Shown here: one piece after another, positions 43,008 to 54,452 of the stretch
Layout of the letters: every line of letters starts with the position of its first letter
Numbering within the stretch: position 1 is the stretch's first letter
Virus record (IMG/VR): IMGVR_UViG_3300002162_000001
Span: 1-64,000 of that record
From: an uncultured virus (IMG/VR IMGVR_UViG_3300002162_000001)
Taxonomy: Duplodnaviria; Heunggongvirae; Uroviricota; Caudoviricetes
Length of the DNA stretch: 64,000 bases
Direction: 5' to 3' (one strand)
The notes under the pieces: generated by a model
Seen by the model: only the letters and a program-made list of their open reading frames with translations
Databases searched by the model: none
What the model was told of the DNA's origin: nothing
Translations under genes and position numbers: made by a program

Positions 43008-45311
43008 TTATTTATTATCAGTTTTAGGTAATTTAAAAATTGTTACAGGCAGTGTAATATAAGAGTATCCATTACTTACTATCTTTTCTCCACCTAAATT
43101 TTTAAATTTTAGAATATGTTTCTTTTCATAATATATCGCTTTACTTCCAGTTTCTTTGACTTTTCCACCAAGATTTAAAAACATCGTAGCTTCCTCAATT
43201 GTAGTTAATTCTTGTCCGATTTCATAAGTAACTTCAGGAATAACTTCTTCTTTTACAAATGAAACATTCTCGGATTCAGTATCTTTAAATATTTTTGGAA
43301 CAGCAATTACTTCAAATCGATCTCCGTCAAAATTTTCATAACCAGTGCTATATCTTTTTTCACCATTCTCCGAGTTAAACCATAATTTCCCCTCTATTAA
43401 GTAGTATTCAAATTTATTTCTAAGGTTCCTAACTTTACCACCTTGACTTACAATAAGCTCTGCATCAATATCATCTACTTCCTGGCCTACTACAAATCTA
43501 GAAGTTACTGTTTCTTCTACTTTTGATAAAGATTGTATTTCTAAGTATCCGTTTAAATTTCCTGAATAGCCACCACTAACATCAATTCTTCCTTCGTCAT
43601 CTTTAAATTTTAGGATGCCATTTTCTTCAAAATAAATCCAACCATCTTTGTCTATAATTTTTCCACCAGATTTAAGTATATCTGTTGCCTGAAGTTTAGT
43701 TACTTTATCTCCAACCTTCAATATAGGCTCAGAATCGTCTATTAAAATGAGTTTTTTAAGTTCACATGTCCCGGCTGAACATATATATTCTTGTTTTTCT
43801 ATTGCGTCAAACTCCTTAATAGTTGTTGGTAATACTTTAATATTATCTGCCCAATATCCTTTTATCGAATTACCCTCTATTTCTTTAATCTTGCAAATGC
43901 AATTTCCTATGGCTCTACCCTCGAAGAGAATATAATCTCCAACTTTAAATTCTTCTTTAACTGACTCCTCAGTAATAATTTCTTTAGGTTCTATTACCAA
44001 TTCTAAATCTATTAGATCTGCGCTCCATTCTTTATGATTAGGAAAATCTACTTTGATTACTCCATTTTCTTTTAAATCCATTACAATTCCTACGTCTCCG
44101 AATTTTGCTCTTTCAAGACCACGATCAGGATGTTCTGAAACCATTTTAACTTTGCTACTAACCTGAATTTGAGGTTTAACTTCTTCTTTTAAAATTGGAT
44201 TTTTATATTCAGATGCTCTTCCATCAAACAATACTTCTCCAGTAGTTCTATCTGTGAGCTTCATAGTCGGCTCATCAATTACGAATCCGAGTTTAGGTTC
44301 TTCATATAACTCTAAATCTTCTAGGGCAAAGAAATCTCCTGCATCTTTATAATCTTTGTCACTTAATAAGTAATTGCCGTTATACATTCCAGTAAAGAAC
44401 ATATAACCTTGTCCAGACTCAATAGCTCTTGTTACATTACCCGAAGTACTCATAGGATCTCCTGTACTTTTAGTTGTAGGAATATTTACTTTATCACCAG
44501 CTTTGAATTTATAAACATCTTTAACTATTCTACCTATTTTAGTACCACCCTTTATAGTTTTAGCAGAAGCTAAATTTACTGCTGCTAAAACTGCATACCC
44601 TGATGTAACCTTTAGAACTTCCTCAACCAAATCTATATCTAATGCCTTACCCAACGCTTGAACAATACCGAACCCTTTATCATATGTATCCTTATAGTAA
44701 AGTTTAGCTATGCCTGTCCTACCACCTTGTATCTTAACTGTAGTTGTTGTACCTTCTGTAATAATTTCAAATTGCTGAGTATCTTTAATTAACTCTATAT
44801 TTTCAACCTTTACATACCAGTAATCTTTGTCTTTATCCATTCTCATCTTGTAATCACCATCATTATCTTTTCTTTCAATAACACCTGTATCTCCAACCTC
44901 TATGTTAGCAATTGGGTTTACTAATCTTTTTATAACAATTACCTTGTCTCCAATCTCAATTTTATTTAACATAACCTTTTCCCCCTCTGTAATATTATTT
45001 ATTTTAGAATCTTCCTCAACAACCTCAATATTATCATAATTGCCACCGGATTCTAAACTTTCATATCCTGAAACAAAATCAAGTTTCCACGTTCCAGTAT
45101 CTCCGGTCTTAGAATTACAAGAAGCTCTTATACCTATTATAAAAGCATAACCTTCTTCTTCAACAACTAAGTGAGTTCCACCTTTATAACTTCCTTCCTC
45201 TACTCTAACCGTATCTCCTATGAATAGCTTCCTTCCTGCTTTTGATCTGTATAGAGTTGGACTTCCAACAACCCCATAATTGTAATGACCATCTTTTAAT
45301 ACTTTGCTCAT
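43008..45311 (-). CDS. Large modular protein with repeated KOW/SH3-like units
   Basis: Repeated 'IGDTV', 'IGDKV', 'AGDKV', 'VGDYI', 'VGDKV', 'VGQEV', 'IGQEL'; 767 aa. Confidence 0.75.
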   Translation of the reverse strand: MSKVLKDGHYNYGVVGSPTLYRSKAGRKLFIGDTVRVEEGSYKGGTHLVVEEEGYAFIIGIRASCNSKTGDTGTWKLDFVSGYESLESGGNYDNIEVVEEDSKINNITEGEKVMLNKIEIGDKVIVIKRLVNPIANIEVGDTGVIERKDNDGDYKMRMDKDKDYWYVKVENIELIKDTQQFEIITEGTTTTVKIQGGRTGIAKLYYKDTYDKGFGIVQALGKALDIDLVEEVLKVTSGYAVLAAVNLASAKTIKGGTKIGRIVKDVYKFKAGDKVNIPTTKSTGDPMSTSGNVTRAIESGQGYMFFTGMYNGNYLLSDKDYKDAGDFFALEDLELYEEPKLGFVIDEPTMKLTDRTTGEVLFDGRASEYKNPILKEEVKPQIQVSSKVKMVSEHPDRGLERAKFGDVGIVMDLKENGVIKVDFPNHKEWSADLIDLELVIEPKEIITEESVKEEFKVGDYILFEGRAIGNCICKIKEIEGNSIKGYWADNIKVLPTTIKEFDAIEKQEYICSAGTCELKKLILIDDSEPILKVGDKVTKLQATDILKSGGKIIDKDGWIYFEENGILKFKDDEGRIDVSGGYSGNLNGYLEIQSLSKVEETVTSRFVVGQEVDDIDAELIVSQGGKVRNLRNKFEYYLIEGKLWFNSENGEKRYSTGYENFDGDRFEVIAVPKIFKDTESENVSFVKEEVIPEVTYEIGQELTTIEEATMFLNLGGKVKETGSKAIYYEKKHILKFKNLGGEKIVSNGYSYITLPVTIFKLPKTDNK

Positions 45312-45358
45312 AAACCTTTTCTCCTTTTCAATATATATTATTTTCTTTCGATATATTT

Positions 45359-45387
45359 ATAATACTACAATACTATTTATTATGCAA
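45359..45387 (-). promoter_or_regulatory. SigmaA promoter with motif A as spacer
   Basis: TTGCAT-aataaatagtattgtag-TATTAT. Confidence 0.8.
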
Positions 45388-45727
45388 CCCTATTTTGAAA
45401 ATAATTTATTATTTCTTTCCTCATCAATTGCTGCTTCGGTTCTAGGATCATTTAATGCCCATTGACCCAACTTTTCACAATGCTTTCTAGTATAGCTATT
45501 TTTAACTCCACTCATAATTTTATCAACTACGTCTGTATAAAATACTACCATTAATCTTCCTCCTTTCGTGTTTTTACAACTTCAGCTATTCCAGCTGCAA
45601 TCCATTCTTTCGCAGTAATTTCATCAATATTTACAATAATAGGTGTAGTACCTTTATAATTTGTGCTTGGTTTAATTCTGATATTCATTTAACCCATTTC
45701 TCCTTTCGTTTTAAAATGACTCTTTTA

Positions 45728-45901
45728 TTATCTCTTTCTTGTGCTATTAAAGCTCCCAGGGAAGCTCAGGCTTACTCCAATTGATTTATAAGCCCTATTA
45801 ACCTTACAGCCACACTTCTGACAATGTGTTTGTTGTGCCTCTACCTCGAACTCAGAATGGTTAGGACATTCCTTGTTAATACATTTATAGTTAAATGTCA
45901 T
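45728..45901 (-). CDS. FmdB-like zinc-ribbon protein
   Basis: 'MTFNYKC...C...FEV...CQKCG...' with 'FPGSF' tail; ATG at 45901. Confidence 0.55.
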   Translation of the reverse strand: MTFNYKCINKECPNHSEFEVEAQQTHCQKCGCKVNRAYKSIGVSLSFPGSFNSTRKR

Positions 45902-47342
45902 CCTTACCCCTCTCTTTCTTAGCAAATTCATTGAAACAACTCTTACAACTTGCACTAGCACATTCTCCACACCATACTCCATTTGGATTCCATGCTACTC
46001 CACCGTCATGCACTCCTCCTACTTCGTCTCTGTAACTCTCATCTACATATTCTTCTTCAATAAACTCATCTTTCATAATATAGTCCTCCTTTCATATCAA
46101 AATCGTATTTTATAGATGTTATTTAAGGTTAAACCATTCTTCGATCATCTTTTCCGTCCAATTCTCTCCTTGAATTAACGAGTTTATTTCAGCCGCATAG
46201 TCTTCACATATTTTCTTACATTTATCTTCTATGATGTCTTCGTCCTTATCATCGTAAACTCTAACTATACAAATATTTGCAGCATTAAGCCTACTTTTAA
46301 GATTATAGCAATTTTGTATCATCTCCTCTTTGCTTGATACTTCGGTGTCTTTATAGAACGAAAATGTTTTATTCTCTAAATCATACCAACACCTAATAAC
46401 GTTATATCTCATATAGATACATTCGTCACAAGAATCATAATTCTCTAAATTTCCTCCAATAAGTTCAGCATATTTACCAGCCTTTATTCCATCAGTAAAC
46501 ACCTTTTCAATGTGATAATCTGAATAGCATCCCTCTGTGACTATGAATATTTTCATATAAACCTCTCCTTTTTCTTTTAAAATAGAATTTTTATATTAAG
46601 AATATGATCCTTCTGGTTCCTTATCGGGAGTAATTTCATCATTTCCAAATTCATCATCTAACTCTACCTTTATGCTCGATTGATTCATTTTCATTAAAAA
46701 TATTTCAAACTCATTTAGATATCTCAAGGATTTTAAATCATGTACGGAATCATATTGCATATCCCAATTCTCATCCTTGGCTTCACTCCATCTACTAAGT
46801 CTTATAGCAAAATTCATTGATTCATCATGTTCACATTCAAAGGTAAGTGTTCCATATTTAAAACTGCTCCAGCTTCTATCACTATCATATTCAACATTAA
46901 AAGATACTTCTACGTGTTCATAATAAGGCTCACTATCATATTCAACTTCTAATCCATCAGTTTCAACATTAGCTGCTACGTATTTACTCCACACTTCAAA
47001 TAATTCAGAAACTTTTATAGTTTTTCTTTTTTCATCTACAGTCATTAACTCTTTAAAGTTTTCTAACATTCTTTTGTTTTCTAACGCTGAATTTTTCAAT
47101 ACATCTACTAAAACACTGTCAAGTTTCACAACATATTTAGAATAGTCGTACGCTTCAAGGTAAGGAACCATCACAGACTTTATCTGCTCTTCAATAACTT
47201 TAGTTACGTCACCATAAGATCCTAATAAATTATCTAAGGCTTTTACTATACCTTTTTCTAGCTGTTCTCCTATGACCTTTTCAACACTTCCATCCTCTAA
47301 TTTTTTACTTATTACATCTTTAATACTATTTTCTAAATCCAT
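45891..47342 (-). other. Hypothetical genes (45891-46076, 46119-46556, 46596-47342)
   Basis: Co-oriented ORFs with RBSs. Confidence 0.6.
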
Positions 47343-47390
47343 TTTAATAATCCTCCTCTAATCTATTATAATACTATTTATTATCTGATT

Positions 47391-48683
47391 TTAGAAATAA
47401 CTTGGTTCTGTTTTATCATCTCTCCATTCAAGAAATACTGGGAATCTAAGAGATAATTTATTATCCTTACTATTAGTCGTCTCTTCAAAGAACTGTATCT
47501 TGGCTATCTTTCCGATATACTTTTCAGGATTATTAAATATTTCTGTCCTCATAGAATCGTTAAATCCACCACCTACGCCGACAACATTATCTTTATATTC
47601 AACATTAATTCTTCCTAAAGTTCCTTTGTTCCGGCCTTCGCCTTCTTCAACTGATAAAACCCTCAAATCACAATCTTGCATTTTCTTAACTTTTAGAATA
47701 TCTCTAGTCCTTTTACAAGAATATGGAGCTGAGGACATATTAACCATAACTCCTTCTTGATCTTTTGATATGGCTTCATCAAGCAGCTTAATTATCATAT
47801 CCTTATCAATACCTTGGTACAATACCGGAACTTCTATGATATGTTCTAAATGGGCACCTTCTAAATAATCATTAAGAATTACACCTATTTGAACTTTTCG
47901 TTTACTACAAGGAATAAGACATTTACCTTTCTTAAAATCTTCTATAGGAACTACATCAAAGCAATTGAATATAAGGTTTCTTTTTTCTCCATCTTTTCTA
48001 GCAACTTTAATTGTATCTCTATATAAATCTTTACTAGCTAATCTCTTATCGTTCCTGAGAATTAGTTCACCATCATAAGCATTACCCTGTTGAAGTTGTT
48101 TAGCTTCTTCTACTATCTCAACTAAATCTTCTATTGGCTGGCCTTGTCTACTAAATATATTAACCTCTCCAGATTCTTCTTTAAGAATTACACATCTCAT
48201 ACCATCGAGCTTCTGAGTTATAATAAATTCACCCTTAACGGCTTCTGGATGTTCAAAATACTTATCAGCCAGCATTACATCAAACTGATTTATAAATCCT
48301 TCTCCATAAACTTTATTCATTGTGTTTGCTGTAGCACCTATTTTCAAAGATTTGGTAACAATCTGAGTAATTAATTCTCTTTGATTTTCTGGCTGTCTTG
48401 ATATGAAGCTTTGAATTTCTAATATGGTCACATCTCTACCAGTATTATGAATCCTTAGATAATCCATTGCTCCTTCAATATCTCTTATCTGTAATACAGA
48501 GATTCCTTTTATTTTCTTATTAATTTTCTTTGTTGATAGGCCAGTCACAATATAAGGATCATAAACAAATTTCAAAATCTCTTTGAAAAGTACATTTTCT
48601 TTATGCTCTTCAAATATAAACTCTTTATCATTTCTGGAATTTGTAGCTATAAGTTGATTAAATATGTTTAATATTTCTTCCAT
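47391..48683 (-). CDS. lig: ATP-dependent DNA ligase
   Basis: 'QKLDGMR' (KxDG), 'YDGEL', 'EGVMV', 'LKVK', 'LRFPVF'. Confidence 0.95.
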   Translation of the reverse strand: MEEILNIFNQLIATNSRNDKEFIFEEHKENVLFKEILKFVYDPYIVTGLSTKKINKKIKGISVLQIRDIEGAMDYLRIHNTGRDVTILEIQSFISRQPENQRELITQIVTKSLKIGATANTMNKVYGEGFINQFDVMLADKYFEHPEAVKGEFIITQKLDGMRCVILKEESGEVNIFSRQGQPIEDLVEIVEEAKQLQQGNAYDGELILRNDKRLASKDLYRDTIKVARKDGEKRNLIFNCFDVVPIEDFKKGKCLIPCSKRKVQIGVILNDYLEGAHLEHIIEVPVLYQGIDKDMIIKLLDEAISKDQEGVMVNMSSAPYSCKRTRDILKVKKMQDCDLRVLSVEEGEGRNKGTLGRINVEYKDNVVGVGGGFNDSMRTEIFNNPEKYIGKIAKIQFFEETTNSKDNKLSLRFPVFLEWRDDKTEPSYF

Positions 48684-48684
48684 A

Positions 48685-49443
48685 CTATTTAACTCCTCTT
48701 TTTTGATTTTGTTCCACTAGAACTTTTATAAGTCTAAGCAAATAATCAGCATTTCTATTTTCATGCTCAAGATAGGTTACTCTTGCTGCGTCTACTTTAC
48801 CTACTAACTTATCCAGTCCTTGTAAAACCATTAAGATTCCTCCAAGAATACAATCTACCGACGAGTGCTGAAAATCTTTATCTGTCAATGCAAATACAAA
48901 CATTAATATCGCTCCAAAGAAAAACCAGTTGTCCCAAAATCCTTTTAATAAACCCTTTAATACTTTTTTCATGCTATTTCATCTCCTCATATTCTTCTTT
49001 ATTTATCTCAGTTATAGTCTCTATCGGAATATTTGCGTACTTAGCTAGACTTTGTTCGGCTGCATTTCCTGTCCCTTTCTTGCCTTCTCCTAGAATCGTG
49101 CATCCATTAATCTCTGCTTGTTTAAATGTTCCGTCAGCTTGTTTTACTTTAAAATAATTAGGCATTTATAACCCCTCCTTTAATTTAATTCTATTTCACA
49201 CTCCAATAAATTACCTAAGACCTCAGTTCCTCTTTTAGTTACCATATATCCTTGGGTATATCCATCTTCTTCATTACCGAAAAATTCCCTTACTGCATAA
49301 CCTCTATGTACTAAACTCTCCCAATGTCTATCAGCTTCAATTGATACAAATTGATTTGTTACTACTTTGAATTTTCTGTGTTTTATTTTGTCTTTTGTGA
49401 TACCTATGCAATGTTTCATGTTTTTAATTTGTTTTATATCCAT
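48685..49443 (-). other. Small genes (48685-48972 membrane protein, 48974-49165, 49180-49443)
   Basis: Co-oriented ORFs; the first has two hydrophobic segments. Confidence 0.6.
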
Positions 49444-49471
49444 TTGACAGTTCCTCCTCTCTCTATTAGAA

Positions 49472-50203
49472 TTAGATTGCCTCTATAATATTATTTAATT
49501 TAACATGTTTATCTGATATATATAACTTATAATCTTCCCTCATCCACTTGTGTATTTTAGCTAACCTTACTTCATTGTAGAAGGTTTGTTTCTCATACCA
49601 TATTTCCATATCTTCAATACGTTTTCTCGAATTGCAACTCTTACAAGAAGGAACACAATTATCTAGTGTGCTGCTTCCACCATGAACTACATGTTCTCTA
49701 TGAAAGTCACCTAATCTTATTTCACCTTTAAATTTAATAAAATGGTCTTCTAGACGTAATCCACAATAAGCACACGTATTGTTAAAATAAATTTTACACA
49801 AAACCCATTCTTCTTTACTTATTGTATGATCTTTGTGATTTTTATTATATTGTCTAAAATTCTCTAAATGTGCTTGTTGATATCTCTTGTTATATCCATT
49901 TAAGCGTTGATTTTCTCCATGTATTCTCATTTTATCTTTTCTATGTCCTAAGTTATTATCATAAGCATATTTAGAATTTATTCTCTTGTATTCAATCATT
50001 TTTATTGGGTCTTTTGCCTTTCTAATTTCTTGCTGTTTTTTAGAACATTCTTTACAACAATTAAATAATCCATCTTTAAATAGTTTATTCTTATAAAAAT
50101 ATTCTTCTGTTTGTGGAAACCATTCTATTTCAGTTGGGAATAACTGAGTATGATGTCTGCATTTTTTATAAATTTGATTGTTTATTTCTTTTAATTCTAT
50201 TAT
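49472..50203 (-). CDS. HNH endonuclease with N-terminal zinc finger (probable ATA start)
   Basis: 'CAYCG...HREHVV...GG...NCVPSCKSCNSRK'; open frame extends 68 codons upstream to ATA after AGGAGG. Confidence 0.8.
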   Translation of the reverse strand: MIELKEINNQIYKKCRHHTQLFPTEIEWFPQTEEYFYKNKLFKDGLFNCCKECSKKQQEIRKAKDPIKMIEYKRINSKYAYDNNLGHRKDKMRIHGENQRLNGYNKRYQQAHLENFRQYNKNHKDHTISKEEWVLCKIYFNNTCAYCGLRLEDHFIKFKGEIRLGDFHREHVVHGGSSTLDNCVPSCKSCNSRKRIEDMEIWYEKQTFYNEVRLAKIHKWMREDYKLYISDKHVKLNNIIEAI

Positions 50204-50398
50204 AGCTTTCGCCTCCTACATAATATTATTTATTATAAAGCATTTCTTAATTTTTTAACTGTACTACAAAAATCATAATACCCATTATCTACATAAATTA
50301 CTGGTATATTTAATTTGCAGTTACTACATCTTTGTTCACAATTTGAATTTATAATAGCATCTAAATCCTCAGTTAACTTTTTTATTAACTCTTCCATA

Positions 50399-50830
50399 TC
50401 AATTCTCACCTACTTTACATTTACCTATCAAATGATCATATTCGTGCTGTATTACCCTTGCTGTAAATCCTGAGTAATTCTCTTTGACCATTTTTTTAGT
50501 CTTATAATCAAAATATTGAATTGTGATATCTTTGCTTCGTGCAATACTTTTGAATATTCCAGGATATGAAAGACATCCTTCTTTATCGATTTCTGTTTCT
50601 TCACTAAAATATGTAATCTTTGGATTGATAAATAATTTTACTCTACTTCCTATTTCTGCTAAGAAAAAAGTTTTATTTATTCCTACTTGATTAGCAGCTA
50701 TACCAACTCCATCATTAATTGTCATTATTTTAGTAATATGTGGAAACAATGCTACAACTCTACTTACCTCAAATATTTTAACCTTTTCACATACTTTTTT
50801 TAATTCTAATCTATCTGTTACTATATCCAT
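50399..50830 (-). CDS. def: Peptide deformylase (short phage type)
   Basis: 'GVGIAANQVG', 'EGCLS', 'QHEYDHL'. Confidence 0.93.
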   Translation of the reverse strand: MDIVTDRLELKKVCEKVKIFEVSRVVALFPHITKIMTINDGVGIAANQVGINKTFFLAEIGSRVKLFINPKITYFSEETEIDKEGCLSYPGIFKSIARSKDITIQYFDYKTKKMVKENYSGFTARVIQHEYDHLIGKCKVGEN

Positions 50831-50843
50831 TTTTTGTCCTCCT

Positions 50844-53490
50844 CTAAATTTTTACTATTTCATTTCCTAAGAAATACGCAGTTTGTACTATTCCATGAAT
50901 ATCAAATAATACTTTATATCTTCTAGGATCTCCTTCTGATTTAACTAACGAACTTACGATCTTTCCTTCGTCTCCTACCAGATTAAATAGATGTTGCACA
51001 CCCACCTTGACGATTTTCACTTTATCCCCTGTATTTAGTTCATCCAACTTTTATCACTTCCTTACAATACTATTTATTATGTACTTGTTTTAAAAAATAA
51101 GTTTCCTTAGTTATTATAATATATTAGTATTTGTTATCTGTCAACAATATTATTTATTATAAAATTATTCCTCTTCAATATTAGGATTCACCCTTGGATC
51201 TTGAGTTCTATATTCTAGTGGTAAATTAAGATTGAATATACATGAACCACAATCTACTTCTCCAGCAAATTCATAATCACAATCATATTCTATTCCATCC
51301 GGAGTATTGGACGAATATCCCTGGCATATGTCTAATCCTATTTTCTTTCTAAATAAATCTAATTGTATTTGAGCTGAAGCAAACGAAGATGGCTTATCTT
51401 GATTTAATAATTCTGATGGTATTCTAAAAGCGTTATAAATTTCTTGCTGGAACTCACCTATTTCATTATTCATAATTTCTACTCCTTTTAAAATATAAGT
51501 TTTATGGTACGAACTTTACACCAAGACAAAAGCTCGTACACTAACTCTTCAAGTCACATTTCTACTATAGTTAACTTTGAAAAATGCCATCCATACATAT
51601 CATTGAGGTCTGTTGCATTACTCTCGGACGTTAAATACACCCCATTGATATTTAACATGCTTGGTTCCATACCTAAATCAACTAACTCTAATACTCCTAT
51701 TAGTTGATCTGAAGAGTTCTGTACCTCGGCCTCCGATTTCTTGTTTAAAACTATATCCTGATTAGTTCCTTCAATGTCTAAAATGAAAATTTCCATATTT
51801 ATTAATCCACCGTCCCTTTTTAAATTTAGTTTATTATTCACTTCTAACTATGATATCTTTTTTTGACTTTGTTAAAGATAGTAAATTTTCAAGTTGTTTA
51901 ATATAATTATCTAGTTTGTCTACATTATTTGTAGCAAGTATCTCATTGCTCATCTCAACAAATATACTCCCCTTGTGTTCAAGTTGAAAATCTTGCATAA
52001 ATGTTTTAGTTGCATTATAAGGAGTACTTGTTTCTTTTATAATAAAGTCCTTCATATTGGAATCAGCATCATATGAATAAGGTGTAGATTCGTCTAGTTG
52101 TAATCCTTGATATTTGGGAAGACCAATTACTTCTGACTTAAATAATCTCCCTGGTTTAGAACTATATTTACTAAATCGAAAGTCATTTACCAAAATTTGA
52201 CTAAAAACACTAATTTCCTTTGTAGCATTTTCAGGCTGAAAACTAGTTAATAATTCTAATTTTATACATCTACCTTTTGTAGATAAAAGTTTTATCTCTT
52301 TTCTATTTTCAAATCTGCAATTAAAAACATCCACAGCTTTTATAATTTTACTATTTACATCATCTTCTACTTCAAAATTTATTGGAGCACCAATAGATGG
52401 AAAAGCAAGGGTAAGTTCGATTACGTTTTTATAAGGATATCCCTCCATATTATTATTTCTCCTTTCTGTATTTGATAAGCTTAATAACATTATATACTCA
52501 CGACATTGTCAATGTCAATAATTATTTATATTATTTTCCAACTGAGGTAATTAAATTTTTCGATTTTAGAACTTATATAAACACTCTACTAAAATCAGCA
52601 TTTTCAATAAAGTTATATCTATTATCTACTCGATTGAAAACACAGCTTGCAATAATTCATTTACCATACTTATACCACTTTCATTACCTAAAACATATTT
52701 TCTAACATCATATACATTGCTCATAGCTGTATATATTTGAAACTCGCTCAATTTGTCAATTATTATTAATAAATCTTTTGATGTTGCCATAAGTTTAATA
52801 TTAAAGAAATCTAAATCAACGGCCTCTTGTATCTTAAATGTTAGTACAGTTTTAGATGGCATATCTCCAACATATATAAAATCTAAGCATATATCATATA
52901 AAAGCCTAGCTTCTTCTATGGAGAAAATATTTTTAATCTCCATTTTTGTGTATCTCTTCATCTTGCTAAAAACTACTAACATTTCATCAACTTTTGCACT
53001 AAAGTCCTGATTATCTGGGTTTGATGATTGAAATTGACCAATCATAGGTATAGTAGTATCATTTAAAGAAATTGATTTTGCTTGTTTTGCCATTCAGCTC
53101 ACTCCTTATATTATGTTTATACGTTGTTTATATTATATACATAATATAAACATATTACAAGTATATTTTATTTATATTTTAATTTATCTCCAACTCTAAA
53201 ATTCGCTCTTTATACTGATCCCATTCATCTTTCTCAAAACAATTACTATAAGAAGATACTAAATGTCCCTGATACTCTATAAGATCAACTACATCAATAC
53301 AAATGCAGCCATCCTGTAGTTTACAATCTACACCTCCATCATCTACCGGCCACGTCCCTATTGCGCCCTTGAAATCATCCAAATCATAAAATGGTATGAA
53401 CATATAAGTTTCTATTTTATCATTAACAACTTGGACATGAATTTCATGATTATTTAAAAATTCATATAGGTTTGCATTAACCTCTTTCAC
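50844..53490 (-). other. Hypothetical genes (50844-51047, 51165-51473, 51554-51841, 51834-52490, 52626-53093 with RHH-like N-terminus, 53179-53490)
   Basis: Co-oriented ORFs; TTGACA-N17-TATTAT promoter at 51116-51144. Confidence 0.6.
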
Positions 53491-53524
53491 TATTTATTCT
53501 CCTTTCTACAATATTATTTAATAT

Positions 53525-54058
53525 TCAGCTATTACCCGCAAAACTACCGTAATATACTTTTCTCATTTCCGCCGCATAAGCTCCAGCTTCGTCTAATAAT
53601 TCCAACGGGAAACTTTTTAGTTTGGTATTCTTTCCTTCAACTTGCATTTGAACAACCCATTGATCTTTTATTTTAGATACATTCCTATAACCTGAAGTAT
53701 TATTAGCATTTTTACTTTTGCGATTTTTATTATTTTCAAAGAATGTAGACATTCTCAGATTTTCTTTTCTATTATCTAATGAATCGTGGTTCCTATGGTC
53801 AACTAGAATGGCATCTTGTGCATTTGTAAGAAGCCTGTGCATTAATATTGTTTTATATTTTGGTTTCCCATCTACATATCCTAAGTATTCTGTGGTAGAA
53901 CTATAATATCCTATATTCTTTTTAAATCTAGTAATATTCCATGACTTATGATTTAAAATGATTTGTAAGTCTTCTGTATCTATTTTTACTGTAAATCTAT
54001 TCCCATTCTTTTTAGTTATATAAATTTCCGTCATTTCTCCAAATGTTTTGTATTCCAT
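53525..54058 (-). CDS. HNH endonuclease with AP2-like domain
   Basis: 'MHRLL...VDHRNHDSLDNRKENLR', 'TSGYRNV', 'EAG.YA..MRK.YYG.FA'. Confidence 0.85.
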   Translation of the reverse strand: MEYKTFGEMTEIYITKKNGNRFTVKIDTEDLQIILNHKSWNITRFKKNIGYYSSTTEYLGYVDGKPKYKTILMHRLLTNAQDAILVDHRNHDSLDNRKENLRMSTFFENNKNRKSKNANNTSGYRNVSKIKDQWVVQMQVEGKNTKLKSFPLELLDEAGAYAAEMRKVYYGSFAGNS

Positions 54059-54082
54059 ATACTCCTTCCTTTCCTCTTATAG

Positions 54083-54452
54083 AAGAGATCTTTTATCGTC
54101 TTCCCATTGCTACCATAACAAACTCCGGTACTTCATCATAGACATTATATTCTCCATGTCTACCATCATCTATATCATCCTTATGTGCATTCCACCACTT
54201 CAATACTGATTCTTTTAATTCCTTGCTTTGATTCTCGTACATTACTTTAGTATGGATATATATTCCTAAATAATATTCTAATAACTCTGGATATTTCTCC
54301 ATATCCTTTAATGTATTTAGGAGCCCTATGTCTCGAATATCATATCCTTTACGTTGAAGTTCCTCATCTTTAATCCTTCTTAAATTTATAGCACAAGCAG
54401 ATTGTTCTTCCATTAATATCATTCCTTTCTTCTCCTAAAGAGATCTTTTATC
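54083..54452. repeat. 15-bp direct repeat AAGAGATCTTTTATC flanking the 109-aa gene 54093-54422
   Basis: Identical copies at 54083-54097 and 54438-54452. Confidence 0.75.
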
